Below are positions 26,617 through 36,838 of a DNA stretch of 64,000 nucleotides, in pieces (the stretch's first letter is position 1; every line of letters starts with the position of its first letter). The DNA lies in the NCBI GenBank assembly GCA_025935925.1, contig JAICUI010000003.1:13018-77017 (forward strand), in the 5' to 3' direction. Below the pieces are notes generated by a model. It saw nothing but the letters and a program-made list of their open reading frames with translations, did no database searches and had not been told where the DNA came from. This DNA comes from Chloroflexota bacterium (GTDB lineage: Bacteria; Chloroflexota; Limnocylindria; Limnocylindrales; CSP1-4). Both the position numbers and the translations under genes were made by a program.

Positions 26617-27056
26617 CGCACGACGCCGTCCGGCCCGCGCCCGGCGTCGTCGACGTGCCCGCGGCCCTGCTCGACGCCGTGATCGCCCACGCGGTCCGGG
26701 AAGCGCCGCTCGAGGCCTGCGGCCTGATCGTGGGGAGCGCCTCCCTCGCGGCGGGGGGCCGGCCGCTTCGCTACGTCGCGTGCCGGAACGCCCTGGCGTC
26801 GCGCTCGCGGTTCTCGATCGACCGCCGCGACCTCTACCGCGTGACGGTCGACGCCGACGACGCCGGCGAGGTCATCTGGGCGATCGTCCATTCGCATCCC
26901 CATTCCGCGGCGGTGCCGTCGTCGACGGACACCGGCCTCGCGCTCTACCCCGACGCCGTCCACCTCGTCGTCTCGCTCGCGGGCGCGTCCCCGGAGGTTC
27001 GCGCGTGGCGGGTCGTCGACGGGACGGCGACCGAGCTCGGGCTCTGGCGCGGGTGA
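26613..27056 (+). CDS. JAB/MPN/Mov34 (Mec-like) metallopeptidase
   Basis: PLEACG...HSHPHSAAVPSSTD (JAMM motif); ATGA overlap with moeB. Confidence 0.9.
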   Translation: MTHDAVRPAPGVVDVPAALLDAVIAHAVREAPLEACGLIVGSASLAAGGRPLRYVACRNALASRSRFSIDRRDLYRVTVDADDAGEVIWAIVHSHPHSAAVPSSTDTGLALYPDAVHLVVSLAGASPEVRAWRVVDGTATELGLWRG

Positions 27057-27472
27057 GCGGCGTGGGTCGAGGCCGCCTCGCGTGGCTCCTGCTGGGCGGC
27101 CTGGCGCTCGCGGCCGGGACGCTGCTCGGCTGGAACGGGACGCTCCTCACGACGATCGCGACGCCGCCCACGCTGATCCGCGCGTTCCTCGTCGGCGTGG
27201 CTGTCGTGGTTGCGCTGTGGTGCCTCGCCGAGGCGGTGCGCCGCCTCGAGGCGGGACGCGAGGTGCCCGCCGCGGCGCTCCAGGGCCGCGACATGGCCCA
27301 GCTCGTCCGCGGGGTCCGCTACGTGTTCCTCGCGGTCGCCGCGATGTCGGCCGCGGCCGGCTGGCTCGTGGGTCATCCGCTGCCGTTCATCGTCGCGCTC
27401 GTGATCGCCGGCGTGGACATCCTCGAGACGAGCTTCCTGCTGGTCGTCGTCTCGCTGCGCGGCGACGACTGA
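27053..27472 (+). CDS. Hypothetical membrane protein (about 4 TM)
   Basis: GTGA overlap with the JAB gene; hydrophobic helices. Confidence 0.75.
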   Translation: MSGVGRGRLAWLLLGGLALAAGTLLGWNGTLLTTIATPPTLIRAFLVGVAVVVALWCLAEAVRRLEAGREVPAAALQGRDMAQLVRGVRYVFLAVAAMSAAAGWLVGHPLPFIVALVIAGVDILETSFLLVVVSLRGDD

Positions 27473-27474
27473 CC

Positions 27475-27915
27475 CTAGCGGCCGCCGGGCAGCCACCGCC
27501 GGAGCGCCCCCTCGAGCTCTTCGGCCAGGAGCGGCTTCGCCACCACCGCGTCCATCCCGGCGGCGATGAGCCGCTCCGTGTCCTCGGGCAGGACGCTCGC
27601 CGTGACGCCGATGACCGCGATCCGCCGCGTGCCGGCGGCAGCCTCCTGCCGGCGGAGCGCCGCGGCGACGGCCGGTCCATCGGGCGCGGGCATCCGGTCG
27701 TCGAGCAGGACGAGGTCGAAGGGCTCCGTCGCGACCAGGGCCAGCGCGGCCGCGCCGTCGGCGACCCCGATCACCGTGACGAGCGCGACGTTGGAGTGCA
27801 GCAGGAGCGCCTCCGCTGCCCGCCGGTTGAGCGCGTCATCATCGACGACGAGCACCCTGACGCGTCGGCGCCTCGTCGGATCGCCGGCCTCCACCACGGC
27901 GGGGATTCTAGGCAT
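27475..27915 (-). CDS. Single-domain response regulator (receiver)
   Basis: VLVVDDD, LVLLDDRMP (phospho-Asp), GVTA, VAKP. Confidence 0.88.
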   Translation of the reverse strand: MPRIPAVVEAGDPTRRRRVRVLVVDDDALNRRAAEALLLHSNVALVTVIGVADGAAALALVATEPFDLVLLDDRMPAPDGPAVAAALRRQEAAAGTRRIAVIGVTASVLPEDTERLIAAGMDAVVAKPLLAEELEGALRRWLPGGR

Positions 27916-27969
27916 GGGGCGTGACGGTCACGGGGTAGGCTGGGTCGTGATCGCACACGGAGACTTCCG

Positions 27970-30369
27970 ATGACCGCAACCGACGCCCCTGCGGGGACCA
28001 TCCTGGGCGCCGAGGAGCTCGGCCGCATCGATGCCTGGTGGCGTGCCGCCAACTACCTCTCGGTGGGCCAGATCTACCTGCTCGACAACCCGCTGCTACG
28101 CCAGCCGCTCGAGCCCCGCCACGTCAAGCCGCGGCTGCTCGGGCACTGGGGCACCACGCCCGGCCTGAACTTCCTGTACGCGCACCTCAACCGCGTCATC
28201 AAGGCGCGCGACCTCGACACGATGTACGTCATCGGGCCAGGGCACGGCGGCCCCGGCCTCGTGGCGAGCGCCTACCTCGAGGGCACGTACAGCGAGGTGT
28301 ACCCCACGATCACGCGGGACGAGGACGGGCTCCGCAAGCTGTTCCGCCAGTTCTCGTTCCCGGGTGGCATCCCGAGCCACGTCGCGCCCGAGACGCCGGG
28401 CTCGATCCACGAAGGCGGGGAGCTCGGCTACTCCCTCTCGCACGCGTACGGGGCCGCGTTCGACAACCCGGACCTGCTGGTCGCGTGCATCATCGGCGAC
28501 GGGGAGGCGGAGACCGGAGCGCTCGCGGGAAGCTGGCAGAGCAACAAGTGGCTCAACCCGGTGACCGACGGCGCCGTCCTGCCGATCCTGCACCTCAACG
28601 GCTACAAGATCGCGAATCCGACGGTCCTCGCCCGGATCCCGGCCGACGACCTGACGCGGCTCCTCGAGGGCCACGGCTATCACCCGTACCTCGTCGAGGG
28701 CGACGACCCCGAGGCGATGCACCAGCTGATGGCCGGCACGCTGGACACGGTGCTCGACGAGATCCGCGACATCCAGGAGACGGCGCGGCGCACCGGCGCG
28801 AAGGAGGCGTCGCGACCTTGCTGGCCGGCGATCGTCCTGCGGTCGCCGAAGGGCTGGACGGGTCCCAAGGAGGTCGACGGCAAGCCGGTCGAGGGCACGT
28901 GGCGCTCGCACCAGGTCCCGTTCGCCGAGGTCCGCAGCAACCCCGGGCACCTGCGCCTCCTCGAGGCCTGGCTCCGCTCCTACCGGCCCGAGGCGCTGTT
29001 CGACGAACGCGGCGCGCTGGTGCCCGACCTCGTCGACCTCGCGCCGCGCGGCGAACGCCGGATGAGCGCGAACCCGCACGCGAACGGCGGCGTCCTCAGC
29101 CGCGATCTCGACCTGCCGGACTTCCGCGACTACGCCGTCGACGTGCCGTCCCCGGGCGCCACCCGGAGCGAGGCGACGCGCATCCTCGGCACGTGGGTCC
29201 GCGACGTGATCCGCCGGAACCCGGAGACGTTCCGGCTGTTCGGGCCCGACGAGACCGACTCCAACCGGCTGAGCGCCGTGTTCGAGGCCACGGACCGGCA
29301 GTTCCTCGGCGATCGCTACCCGACGGACGAGCACCAGGCGGCGTCGGGTCGCGTCATGGAGGTGCTGTCCGAGCAGTTGATCCAGGGCTGGCTCGAGGGC
29401 TACCTGCTCACCGGCCGGCACGGGATCTTCAACTGCTACGAGGCGTTCATCCACATCATCGACTCCATGTTCAACCAGCACGCGAAGTGGCTCGAGACGA
29501 CGAACCACATCCCGTGGCGGTCCCCGATCCCCTCGCTCAACTACCTGCTCTCGTCGCACGTCTGGCGCCAGGACCACAACGGGTTCTCGCACCAGGACCC
29601 GGGCTTCATCGACTACGTCGCGAACAAGAAGGCCGAGGTCATCCGCGTCTACCTGCCGCCCGATGCGAACACGCTGCTGTCGGTCATGGACCACTGCCTG
29701 CGCAGCCGCCAGTACGTCAACGTCGTCGTCGCCGGCAAGCAGCCGCAGCACAACTGGCTGTCGATGGACGAGGCGATCCTGCACGCGACCCGCGGGGCGG
29801 GGATCTGGGAGTGGGCGAGCAGCGACCAGGGCGGTGAGCCGGACGTCGTCATGGCGTGCTGCGGCGACGTGCCGACGCTCGAGACGCTCGCGGCCGTCGA
29901 CCTCCTCCGCCAGCACCTGCCCGAGCTCAAGGTCCGCGTCGTGAACATCATCGACCTGATGCGCCTGCTGCCCAACAGTGAGCACCCGCACGGCATGACC
30001 GACGGCGAGTTCGACGCGCTGTTCACGCGGGACCGGCCGGTCGTGTTCGCCCAGCACGGCTACCCGTGGCAGATCCACCGCCTCACGTACCGGCGCACGA
30101 ACCACGCGAACATCCACGTCCGCGGCTACAAGGAGGAGGGCACGACCACGACGCCGTTCGACATGGTCATGCTCAACGACCTCGACCGGTTCCACCTCGT
30201 CATCGACGTGATCGACCGGGTGCCCGGGCTGGGTTCGCGCGCCGGCCACGTGCGCCAACTGATGGTCGACAAGCGCATCCAGGCGCGCGCGTACACGCGC
30301 ATGGAGGGCGAGGACGCGCCCGAGATCTCGGACTGGACCTGGACGCCCCGGGAGGCGGGCTCGCGGTAG
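27970..30369 (+). CDS. xfp: Phosphoketolase (xylulose-5-P/fructose-6-P)
   Basis: [10 protein letters not shown]; GPGHG; HEGGELGYS; GDGEAETG; [15 protein letters not shown]; [13 protein letters not shown]. Confidence 0.97.
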   Translation: MTATDAPAGTILGAEELGRIDAWWRAANYLSVGQIYLLDNPLLRQPLEPRHVKPRLLGHWGTTPGLNFLYAHLNRVIKARDLDTMYVIGPGHGGPGLVASAYLEGTYSEVYPTITRDEDGLRKLFRQFSFPGGIPSHVAPETPGSIHEGGELGYSLSHAYGAAFDNPDLLVACIIGDGEAETGALAGSWQSNKWLNPVTDGAVLPILHLNGYKIANPTVLARIPADDLTRLLEGHGYHPYLVEGDDPEAMHQLMAGTLDTVLDEIRDIQETARRTGAKEASRPCWPAIVLRSPKGWTGPKEVDGKPVEGTWRSHQVPFAEVRSNPGHLRLLEAWLRSYRPEALFDERGALVPDLVDLAPRGERRMSANPHANGGVLSRDLDLPDFRDYAVDVPSPGATRSEATRILGTWVRDVIRRNPETFRLFGPDETDSNRLSAVFEATDRQFLGDRYPTDEHQAASGRVMEVLSEQLIQGWLEGYLLTGRHGIFNCYEAFIHIIDSMFNQHAKWLETTNHIPWRSPIPSLNYLLSSHVWRQDHNGFSHQDPGFIDYVANKKAEVIRVYLPPDANTLLSVMDHCLRSRQYVNVVVAGKQPQHNWLSMDEAILHATRGAGIWEWASSDQGGEPDVVMACCGDVPTLETLAAVDLLRQHLPELKVRVVNIIDLMRLLPNSEHPHGMTDGEFDALFTRDRPVVFAQHGYPWQIHRLTYRRTNHANIHVRGYKEEGTTTTPFDMVMLNDLDRFHLVIDVIDRVPGLGSRAGHVRQLMVDKRIQARAYTRMEGEDAPEISDWTWTPREAGSR

Positions 30370-30394
30370 CGGCGCGTTTCCCTTCGCACCGGCG

Positions 30395-31492
30395 GTGAAC
30401 GTCCTCGTCGTCAACGCGGGGTCGTCGAGCCTCAAGCTGCGCGTCGTCGGCGACGACGGGACGGTGAGCGCGTCCGAGGACCTGCCCGGCGGCGACGAGG
30501 GGACGGCCGCGCTCGGGGAGGCGGTCGAGCGGCTCGGCCCCGTCGACGCCGTGGGCCATCGCGTGGTCCACGGGGGATCGCGGTTCACGGGACCGGTCCG
30601 CCTCGACGACGACGTGCTCGACGCGATCCGAGACCTCACGCCGCTTGCCCCGCTGCACCAGCCGCCGGCGCTCGCGGCGATCGATGCCTCGTGGGCCCGG
30701 CTGCCGGATCGCCCGCACGTCGCGTGCTTCGACACGGCATTCCACGCGACCCTCCCGGCGGCGGCCTTCACGTACGCCGTGCCGGCCGAGTGGCGGGAGC
30801 GGTGGGACGTCCGGCGATACGGATTCCACGGCCTGTCCCACGCGTACGCGTCGCGCCGGGCCGCCGAGCTGCTCGATCGCGCCGGGGACCCGGGCGTGCG
30901 CGTCGTGACGTGCCACCTCGGGGCGGGCGCGTCCCTGGCCGCCGTGCTCGGTGGCCGGTCCGTGGACACGACGATGGGCTTCACGCCGCTCGAGGGGCTC
31001 GTGATGGCGACCCGGTCCGGGACCGTCGACCCGGGGCTCGTGCTGTGGCTCGCGACGGAGCGCGGGATCGCCGCCGGGGAGGTCACCGAGGCGCTCGAGC
31101 GCGGGTCGGGCCTGCTGGGCGTCGGTGGCTCCGCGGACATGCGCGCGATCCTCGCCCGTGCACTGGACGGAGACCGCGATGCGACGCTCGCGCTCGACGT
31201 GTACGTCCACCGCCTGCGCGCGCTCGTCGCGGCGATGGTCGCGTCGCTCGGCGGTCTCGATGCGATCGTGTTCACGGGCGGCGTCGGCGAGCGGTCCGCC
31301 GCGGTCCGGTCGCGGGCGGCCGACGGCCTCGGGTTCCTGGGCGTCGCGCTCGATGCCGGAGCGAACGACGCGGCGACGGGCGAGGCCGAGGCGGACATCG
31401 GGGCGCCGGGGGCCACGGTCCGCGCGTTCGTGATCCCTGCGCGCGAGGAGCTCGAGATCGCGCGGGAGGTCCGCGCGGTCCTGGCGGGCTGA
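30395..31492 (+). CDS. ackA: Acetate/propionate kinase
   Basis: VVNAGSSSLK; GHRVVHGG; LAPLHQ; FDTAFH; YGFHGLSH; HLGAGAS; TTMGFTPLEG; FTGGVGE. Confidence 0.95.
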   Translation: MNVLVVNAGSSSLKLRVVGDDGTVSASEDLPGGDEGTAALGEAVERLGPVDAVGHRVVHGGSRFTGPVRLDDDVLDAIRDLTPLAPLHQPPALAAIDASWARLPDRPHVACFDTAFHATLPAAAFTYAVPAEWRERWDVRRYGFHGLSHAYASRRAAELLDRAGDPGVRVVTCHLGAGASLAAVLGGRSVDTTMGFTPLEGLVMATRSGTVDPGLVLWLATERGIAAGEVTEALERGSGLLGVGGSADMRAILARALDGDRDATLALDVYVHRLRALVAAMVASLGGLDAIVFTGGVGERSAAVRSRAADGLGFLGVALDAGANDAATGEAEADIGAPGATVRAFVIPAREELEIAREVRAVLAG

Positions 31493-31505
31493 CCGCGGCC
31501 GACCG

Positions 31506-32486
31506 TCAGGCCGGGGATGCGGCGAGGCTGCCGATCCTCGTCGCGAGCCGGCGGAGGAACTCGTCGGCGCGCGCAGCGGTCGCGACGTCGGCATTCGGGA
31601 TCGGGGCGGACCAGTCGGCGATCGTGCGCCCGTCGTCCGGGCCGCCCGAGGCGTCGACGTCGATCCGCGCGGCCTCTGACGCGACAATCAGCGACGGGTC
31701 GAGCGCGCAGGCGGTCACGAACGGGTCGTGAATGTGGGCGCCGTAGAAGCCGTCGTACGCCTCGTGGAACTCGAAGTAGAAGCGCAGCGCGTCGAGCAGC
31801 GTGCGCTGGAGCTCGCGGTGCGTGCGCGTGCGGTGCGCGAGATCCTCCAGCCCGGGTGGCCGGAGCACCGCGCGCTCGGTCACGTCGAGGCCCATCGCCA
31901 CCATGCGGGGAACCGTCGGGTCCGCCTGGATCGCACGCTGCCAGGCGCCGAAGCACGCCCGCGCGGCCTCCGGGTCGCAGTGGACGTTCCACTCGGACGC
32001 CGGGGTCGTGTTTCCGGGCACCCGGAACGCGCCGCCCATCATGACCCAGCGGCGCAGCAGTCCCGGGAGGGCGGGCTCACGCTCCAGCGCGACGGCGAGG
32101 TTGGTGAGCGGCCCGAGCGTCACGAGGGTGACCTCGCCCGGGCGGTCGCGTGCCGTCTCGACGATCACGTCGGGAGCGAACCGCGGCGACGCCTCGCCGG
32201 GCGGCTCCCGCGGCGCCGCGTAGCCGAGGCCGCGCGGGCCGTGCGTCTCGGGCGTGACCTCGAGGGGGCGCTCCAGCGGGGCGGGCCGCCCGGCCACGAC
32301 CTCGACGTCGGCGCGACCGGCGAGCGCCAGCACGGCACGGGTGTTGCGCACGACGTCGTCGAGGGTCGCGTTGCCGGCCGAGCACGTCACGGCGACGAGC
32401 TCCGCGTCCGGGCTGCCGGCGGCGTACAGCAGGGCGAGCGCGTCGTCGATCCCGGTGTCGACGTCCAGGAGCAGCGGCGTGCCCAC
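31506..32486 (-). CDS. Nucleoside hydrolase (IU-NH family)
   Basis: DVDTGIDD motif; LGPLTNLA; MGGA..PGN.TP.SEWN..CDPEAA; HDP. Confidence 0.92.
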   Translation of the reverse strand: MGTPLLLDVDTGIDDALALLYAAGSPDAELVAVTCSAGNATLDDVVRNTRAVLALAGRADVEVVAGRPAPLERPLEVTPETHGPRGLGYAAPREPPGEASPRFAPDVIVETARDRPGEVTLVTLGPLTNLAVALEREPALPGLLRRWVMMGGAFRVPGNTTPASEWNVHCDPEAARACFGAWQRAIQADPTVPRMVAMGLDVTERAVLRPPGLEDLAHRTRTHRELQRTLLDALRFYFEFHEAYDGFYGAHIHDPFVTACALDPSLIVASEAARIDVDASGGPDDGRTIADWSAPIPNADVATAARADEFLRRLATRIGSLAASPA

Positions 32487-32501
32487 CCGAGCCGCTGCGC
32501 G

Positions 32502-34178
32502 CTACGCCAGCGTCGCCATCACCGCCCGCTCGGCGAGTCCCAGCGGCAGCGCGCCGGAGGACGTGATGCCGTCGTGGAAGTCGCGCAGCACCTCGATCGG
32601 CACGTCGCGCGGCGACACGCCGTCGAACCCGCGCGCCGCGAGGTAGCGCTCGCGGATCGCGAGGATCTCGAGGCAGCCGGTCAGGTACGAGGACGCCTGC
32701 GTCGGCCACGAGCAGTACCGGCCGACCTCGGCCTTCGCCACGGGCTCCGGCATCGCCGCCCGATCCATCATGAACGCCACCGCCTCGTCGAACGACATCT
32801 CGCCCAGGTGGAGCGACGTGTCGACGACGATCCGCGCGGCGCGGAACAGCGTGGCGTTGAGGTGGTGCAGCTCCTGGATGGGGTCCTCGAAGAACCCTCG
32901 CTCGCGCATCACGCGCTCCGCGTACAACGCCCAGCCCTCGCTGAAGTAGGGCGTCGAGTACACCCGCCGGATGTCGGACGCGCCGGCCTTGCGCATGACC
33001 ATGTGCCAGTGGTGGCCCGGGTACGTCTCGTGGACGGCCGTCGTGGGGATCGACCCGTACGAGTTGTTCGACAGCCGCGCCTGGATCTCCTGCTCGGAGG
33101 CGCCGTCAGGCGCGAACGGCACGAAGAAGTGGCCCTTCCAGCGGTCGCTGAACGCCGGCGGGGAGGAGTACGAGGCGACGCCCAGAATCGGGCGCTGGAA
33201 CACGGCCGACGGGACGACGGCGCAGGACTCCCCGGGCGGCAGGGTGACGAGCCCGGTCTCGGCGAGGAAGGCGCGCGCGCGGGCCGTCCAGTCGGCGTAC
33301 GTGTCGAGCATCGCCTGCTCCGTGGGCGGGTGACGCTCGTCGTCCGTTCGCAGGACCTCGACGTAGTCCGCGTTGCCCGCGGCGTCCTTCGCGAGCGCCG
33401 ACATCTCGCCGTCGAGCCGGTCCAGCTCGGCGCGGCCGCGGTCCCGCAGTGCGCGCGCATCGTCCCCGAGCGTCTCGCGCTCCTGGAGCACGCGCGAGTA
33501 CCGTTCCTCGCCGAGCTGCCACGTCCCGTGAGCGCGACCGACGAGCCCCTGGAGGTGCGCGACCCAGCGCTCGAGGTGCGGCGCCGCCGACTCGCCCGCC
33601 TCGCGCAGCCGCGTGCGCCGGCCGTCGTCCTCGACGTCGGCCCACACGAGGTCGCGCACGTAGCGGGTCGCGCCTTTCGCAGCGTTCATGCCGCGCTCGA
33701 CGATCAGCGGGTGGGCGAGCGCCGGGTCGAGGTTCGCGATCCCGGCATCCACGGCGTCGCCGACCTGGGACAGCCGCGAGATCGCCGCGTCGACGAGGTC
33801 CGCCTCGGGCCGCAGACGGTTGAGGAACAGCGTGAACAGCCCGCTCGTGACGGGCCCCGAGTAGGTGACCGGGTCCCGGCGCCAGCCCTCGAACGGCGCG
33901 ACGATCATCCGGCCGCGCAGCACCGCGATGGCGACGTCGCGATCGAGCGCGTCGTCGACCGAGAGCGCCTCGCCGTCGGGCCCGATGTCGCCGATCCGCT
34001 CAAGCTTCCCGAGGAACCTCGCCGCGTCCTCGTCCCGGCGCCGGACGGCGTCGGCCGACAGGTCGTCGAGCCGGTCGTCGTCATCGGTCAGGCCGACGCT
34101 GCTCGCGGTCGTCGGCGACGCGGCGAAGTCCGCGTCGAGGAGGTCGTGCAGGGTCGAGGCGAGGATCGGGTTGCTCAC
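32502..34178 (-). CDS. DUF885 domain protein
   Basis: HETYPGHH; FSEGWALYAE; PTQASSYLTG; FHD. Start VSNPIL at 34178. Confidence 0.9.
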   Translation of the reverse strand: MSNPILASTLHDLLDADFAASPTTASSVGLTDDDDRLDDLSADAVRRRDEDAARFLGKLERIGDIGPDGEALSVDDALDRDVAIAVLRGRMIVAPFEGWRRDPVTYSGPVTSGLFTLFLNRLRPEADLVDAAISRLSQVGDAVDAGIANLDPALAHPLIVERGMNAAKGATRYVRDLVWADVEDDGRRTRLREAGESAAPHLERWVAHLQGLVGRAHGTWQLGEERYSRVLQERETLGDDARALRDRGRAELDRLDGEMSALAKDAAGNADYVEVLRTDDERHPPTEQAMLDTYADWTARARAFLAETGLVTLPPGESCAVVPSAVFQRPILGVASYSSPPAFSDRWKGHFFVPFAPDGASEQEIQARLSNNSYGSIPTTAVHETYPGHHWHMVMRKAGASDIRRVYSTPYFSEGWALYAERVMRERGFFEDPIQELHHLNATLFRAARIVVDTSLHLGEMSFDEAVAFMMDRAAMPEPVAKAEVGRYCSWPTQASSYLTGCLEILAIRERYLAARGFDGVSPRDVPIEVLRDFHDGITSSGALPLGLAERAVMATLA

Positions 34179-34213
34179 GGGTTCCCTCCGGGAACGGGGC
34201 GCGGCTGGACGCC

Positions 34214-35073
34214 TCAGGTGGCCTTCGGGTTCACGAACCGGCAGCGGTCGCGAACCGGGCACAGGTCGTGGAGCGGGCGCTGCGCATGGCAGATCACCCG
34301 GCCGTGGTGGATCAGCAGCACGTGGGCTGCGTACATGTCGTCCGGCTCGAGGATGCCCAGGAACAGCTCGTGCGCCTGGTCCGCGGTCGCCTTCGCGGGC
34401 AGCAGCCCGATCCGCTTCGACACCCGCTCGACGTGACGATCGACGGCCATCAGCGGCGTGCCGAAGCAGAACGCGAGGACGATCGACGCCGTCTTCTTGC
34501 CGACGCCGTCGATGGACGTCAGCCAGTCGCGGGCCTCCAGCGCCGGCAGGTCGCCGAGGAACAGCAGCGAGTAGTCGCCGCGCTCCTCGCGGATCCGCCG
34601 CAGCGTCGCCTGGAGCCTCGGCGCCTTCTGCGGCCCGAGCCCGCCGGGCCGGATGACGTCGATGAGCTCGGGCAGGGGCGCGAACTCGACACGGGACCAG
34701 TCGGGCGGGGGCGCGGTCGACAGCCCCTCGCCGCCCCAGCCGATCCCGGGCCGGTGGACCTCGGCCTCGCGCTCGCTCGGGTAGGCCAGGCGCAACGCCT
34801 CGTACGCCTTCTCGGCGTTCACGTCGGCGGTGTTCTGGGTGAGGATCGTGAGGATCAGCTCGCTCGTGGGATCGAGGCGGGGCTCCCAGATCTGCTCGCC
34901 GTACGTCTGCGTGAGCGCGTCCAGCACGTATCGCTGGAGACCCGGCCGGTAGCGCGCGAGGTAGCTCGCCCATTGCCGGACCGGATCCGGCTTGCGCCGT
35001 GTCGGCTTCTTCCTTGCGGTCGCCTTCGGTCGCGTCGTGCCCGCCTTCGCCGGCGTTGCGGCCACCCGCGGGC

Positions 35074-35077
<4 letters not shown>
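34214..35077 (-). CDS. nth: Endonuclease III (HhH-GPD glycosylase) with a variant Fe-S motif
   Basis: ILTQNT; GVGKKTA; AVDRHV; C-x6-H-x2-C-x5-C; K/R-rich N-terminal tail; GTGA overlap with the vapC stop. Confidence 0.85.
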
Positions 35078-35728
<651 letters not shown>

Positions 35729-35735
<7 letters not shown>

Positions 35736-36838
35736 AGGCTACGCGCGACGCGTTCGGCTGCAGCTTCGATCGGCGCCGTCCCGAGCGCGACCGCCTCCTC
35801 GAGGGTGACGGGCGCGTCGTGCACGGCGACCACCTCGGCGTCGACGTTCGACAGCGCCTCGCGGCCCTCCGGGGTGACCCCGCCGCCGATCGCGACGCAC
35901 CGGACTCCGGCGGCGTGTGCCCGCCGGGCGACGCCCATCGCCGTCTTGCCGAACCCCGTCTGGTCGTCGATCCGGCCTTCGCCCGTGATCACGAGGTCCG
36001 AGCCGAGGATCGCCTCGTCGAACCCCGTCGCCTCCATCACGACCTCGACGCCCGGCACGAGCTCGAGCGAGCGGAAGCGCGTCGCGATCGACAGCAGGGC
36101 GAACCCAACGCCCCCCGCGGCGCCCGCGCCCGGCGTGTTGCGCTCGTCGCGGCGCGTGGCGGCGGACAGCGCGTCGGCGAAGCGCGCAAGCCGCGCGTCG
36201 AGCGCGGCCACCAGCTCGGGCGTCGCGCCCTTCTGCGGCCCGTATACGGCCGCGGCACCCGTCGGGCCGAGCAGGGGATTGCTGACGTCGGACGCGACGC
36301 GCAGCGTCACGTCGATCAGCCGCGGGTCCAGGTCCTCGAGGTCGACCGAGGTGAGCTCCGGGTCGATGCGCGCCCCGAGCCCGCGCAGGAGCCCGGCCCC
36401 GCCGTCCGTGGTCGCCGACCCGCCGATGCCGAGCACGATGTCCCGGATCCCCTGGTCGATCACCGTCCGAACCGCCTCGCCGGTCCCGAGGCTCGTCGCG
36501 TTCCAGGCGTCGCGCTCGCGGGGGTGGAGCATCGACAGCCCCGATGCCTGCGCCATCTCCACGAAAGCGGCGCCCTCGTCGACGCGCGCGAGCCACGCGG
36601 CGCGCGCCGGCCGGCCGAGCGGGCCATGGACGGACGCGAGCCGTCGGGACCAGCCACCCGAGCTCTCGATCGCGACGAGCGTGCCTTCGCCGCCGTCCGC
36701 CAGCGGCGCGAGGCGGACCGCGTCATCCGGTCGGGCACGCCGCCAGCCCGCGGCGACCGCCTGGCCGACCTGGACGCTGGTCAGCGTTCCCTTGAACGAG
36801 TCCGGGGCCACGAGGACGCGCAGCGGCCCCGCGGTCAT
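35729..36838 (-). CDS. Glycerate kinase (GlxK/GarK family)
   Basis: VAPDSFKGTL; PLADGGEGT; EMAQASGL; GIGGSATTDGGAG; GAGAAGG; ITGEGRIDDQT.GK. Confidence 0.93.

Noticed and set aside
27475-27915. Orphan response regulator as part of a new two-component system
   Set aside because: No kinase nearby, and single-domain receivers are common; there is nothing further to support a system.
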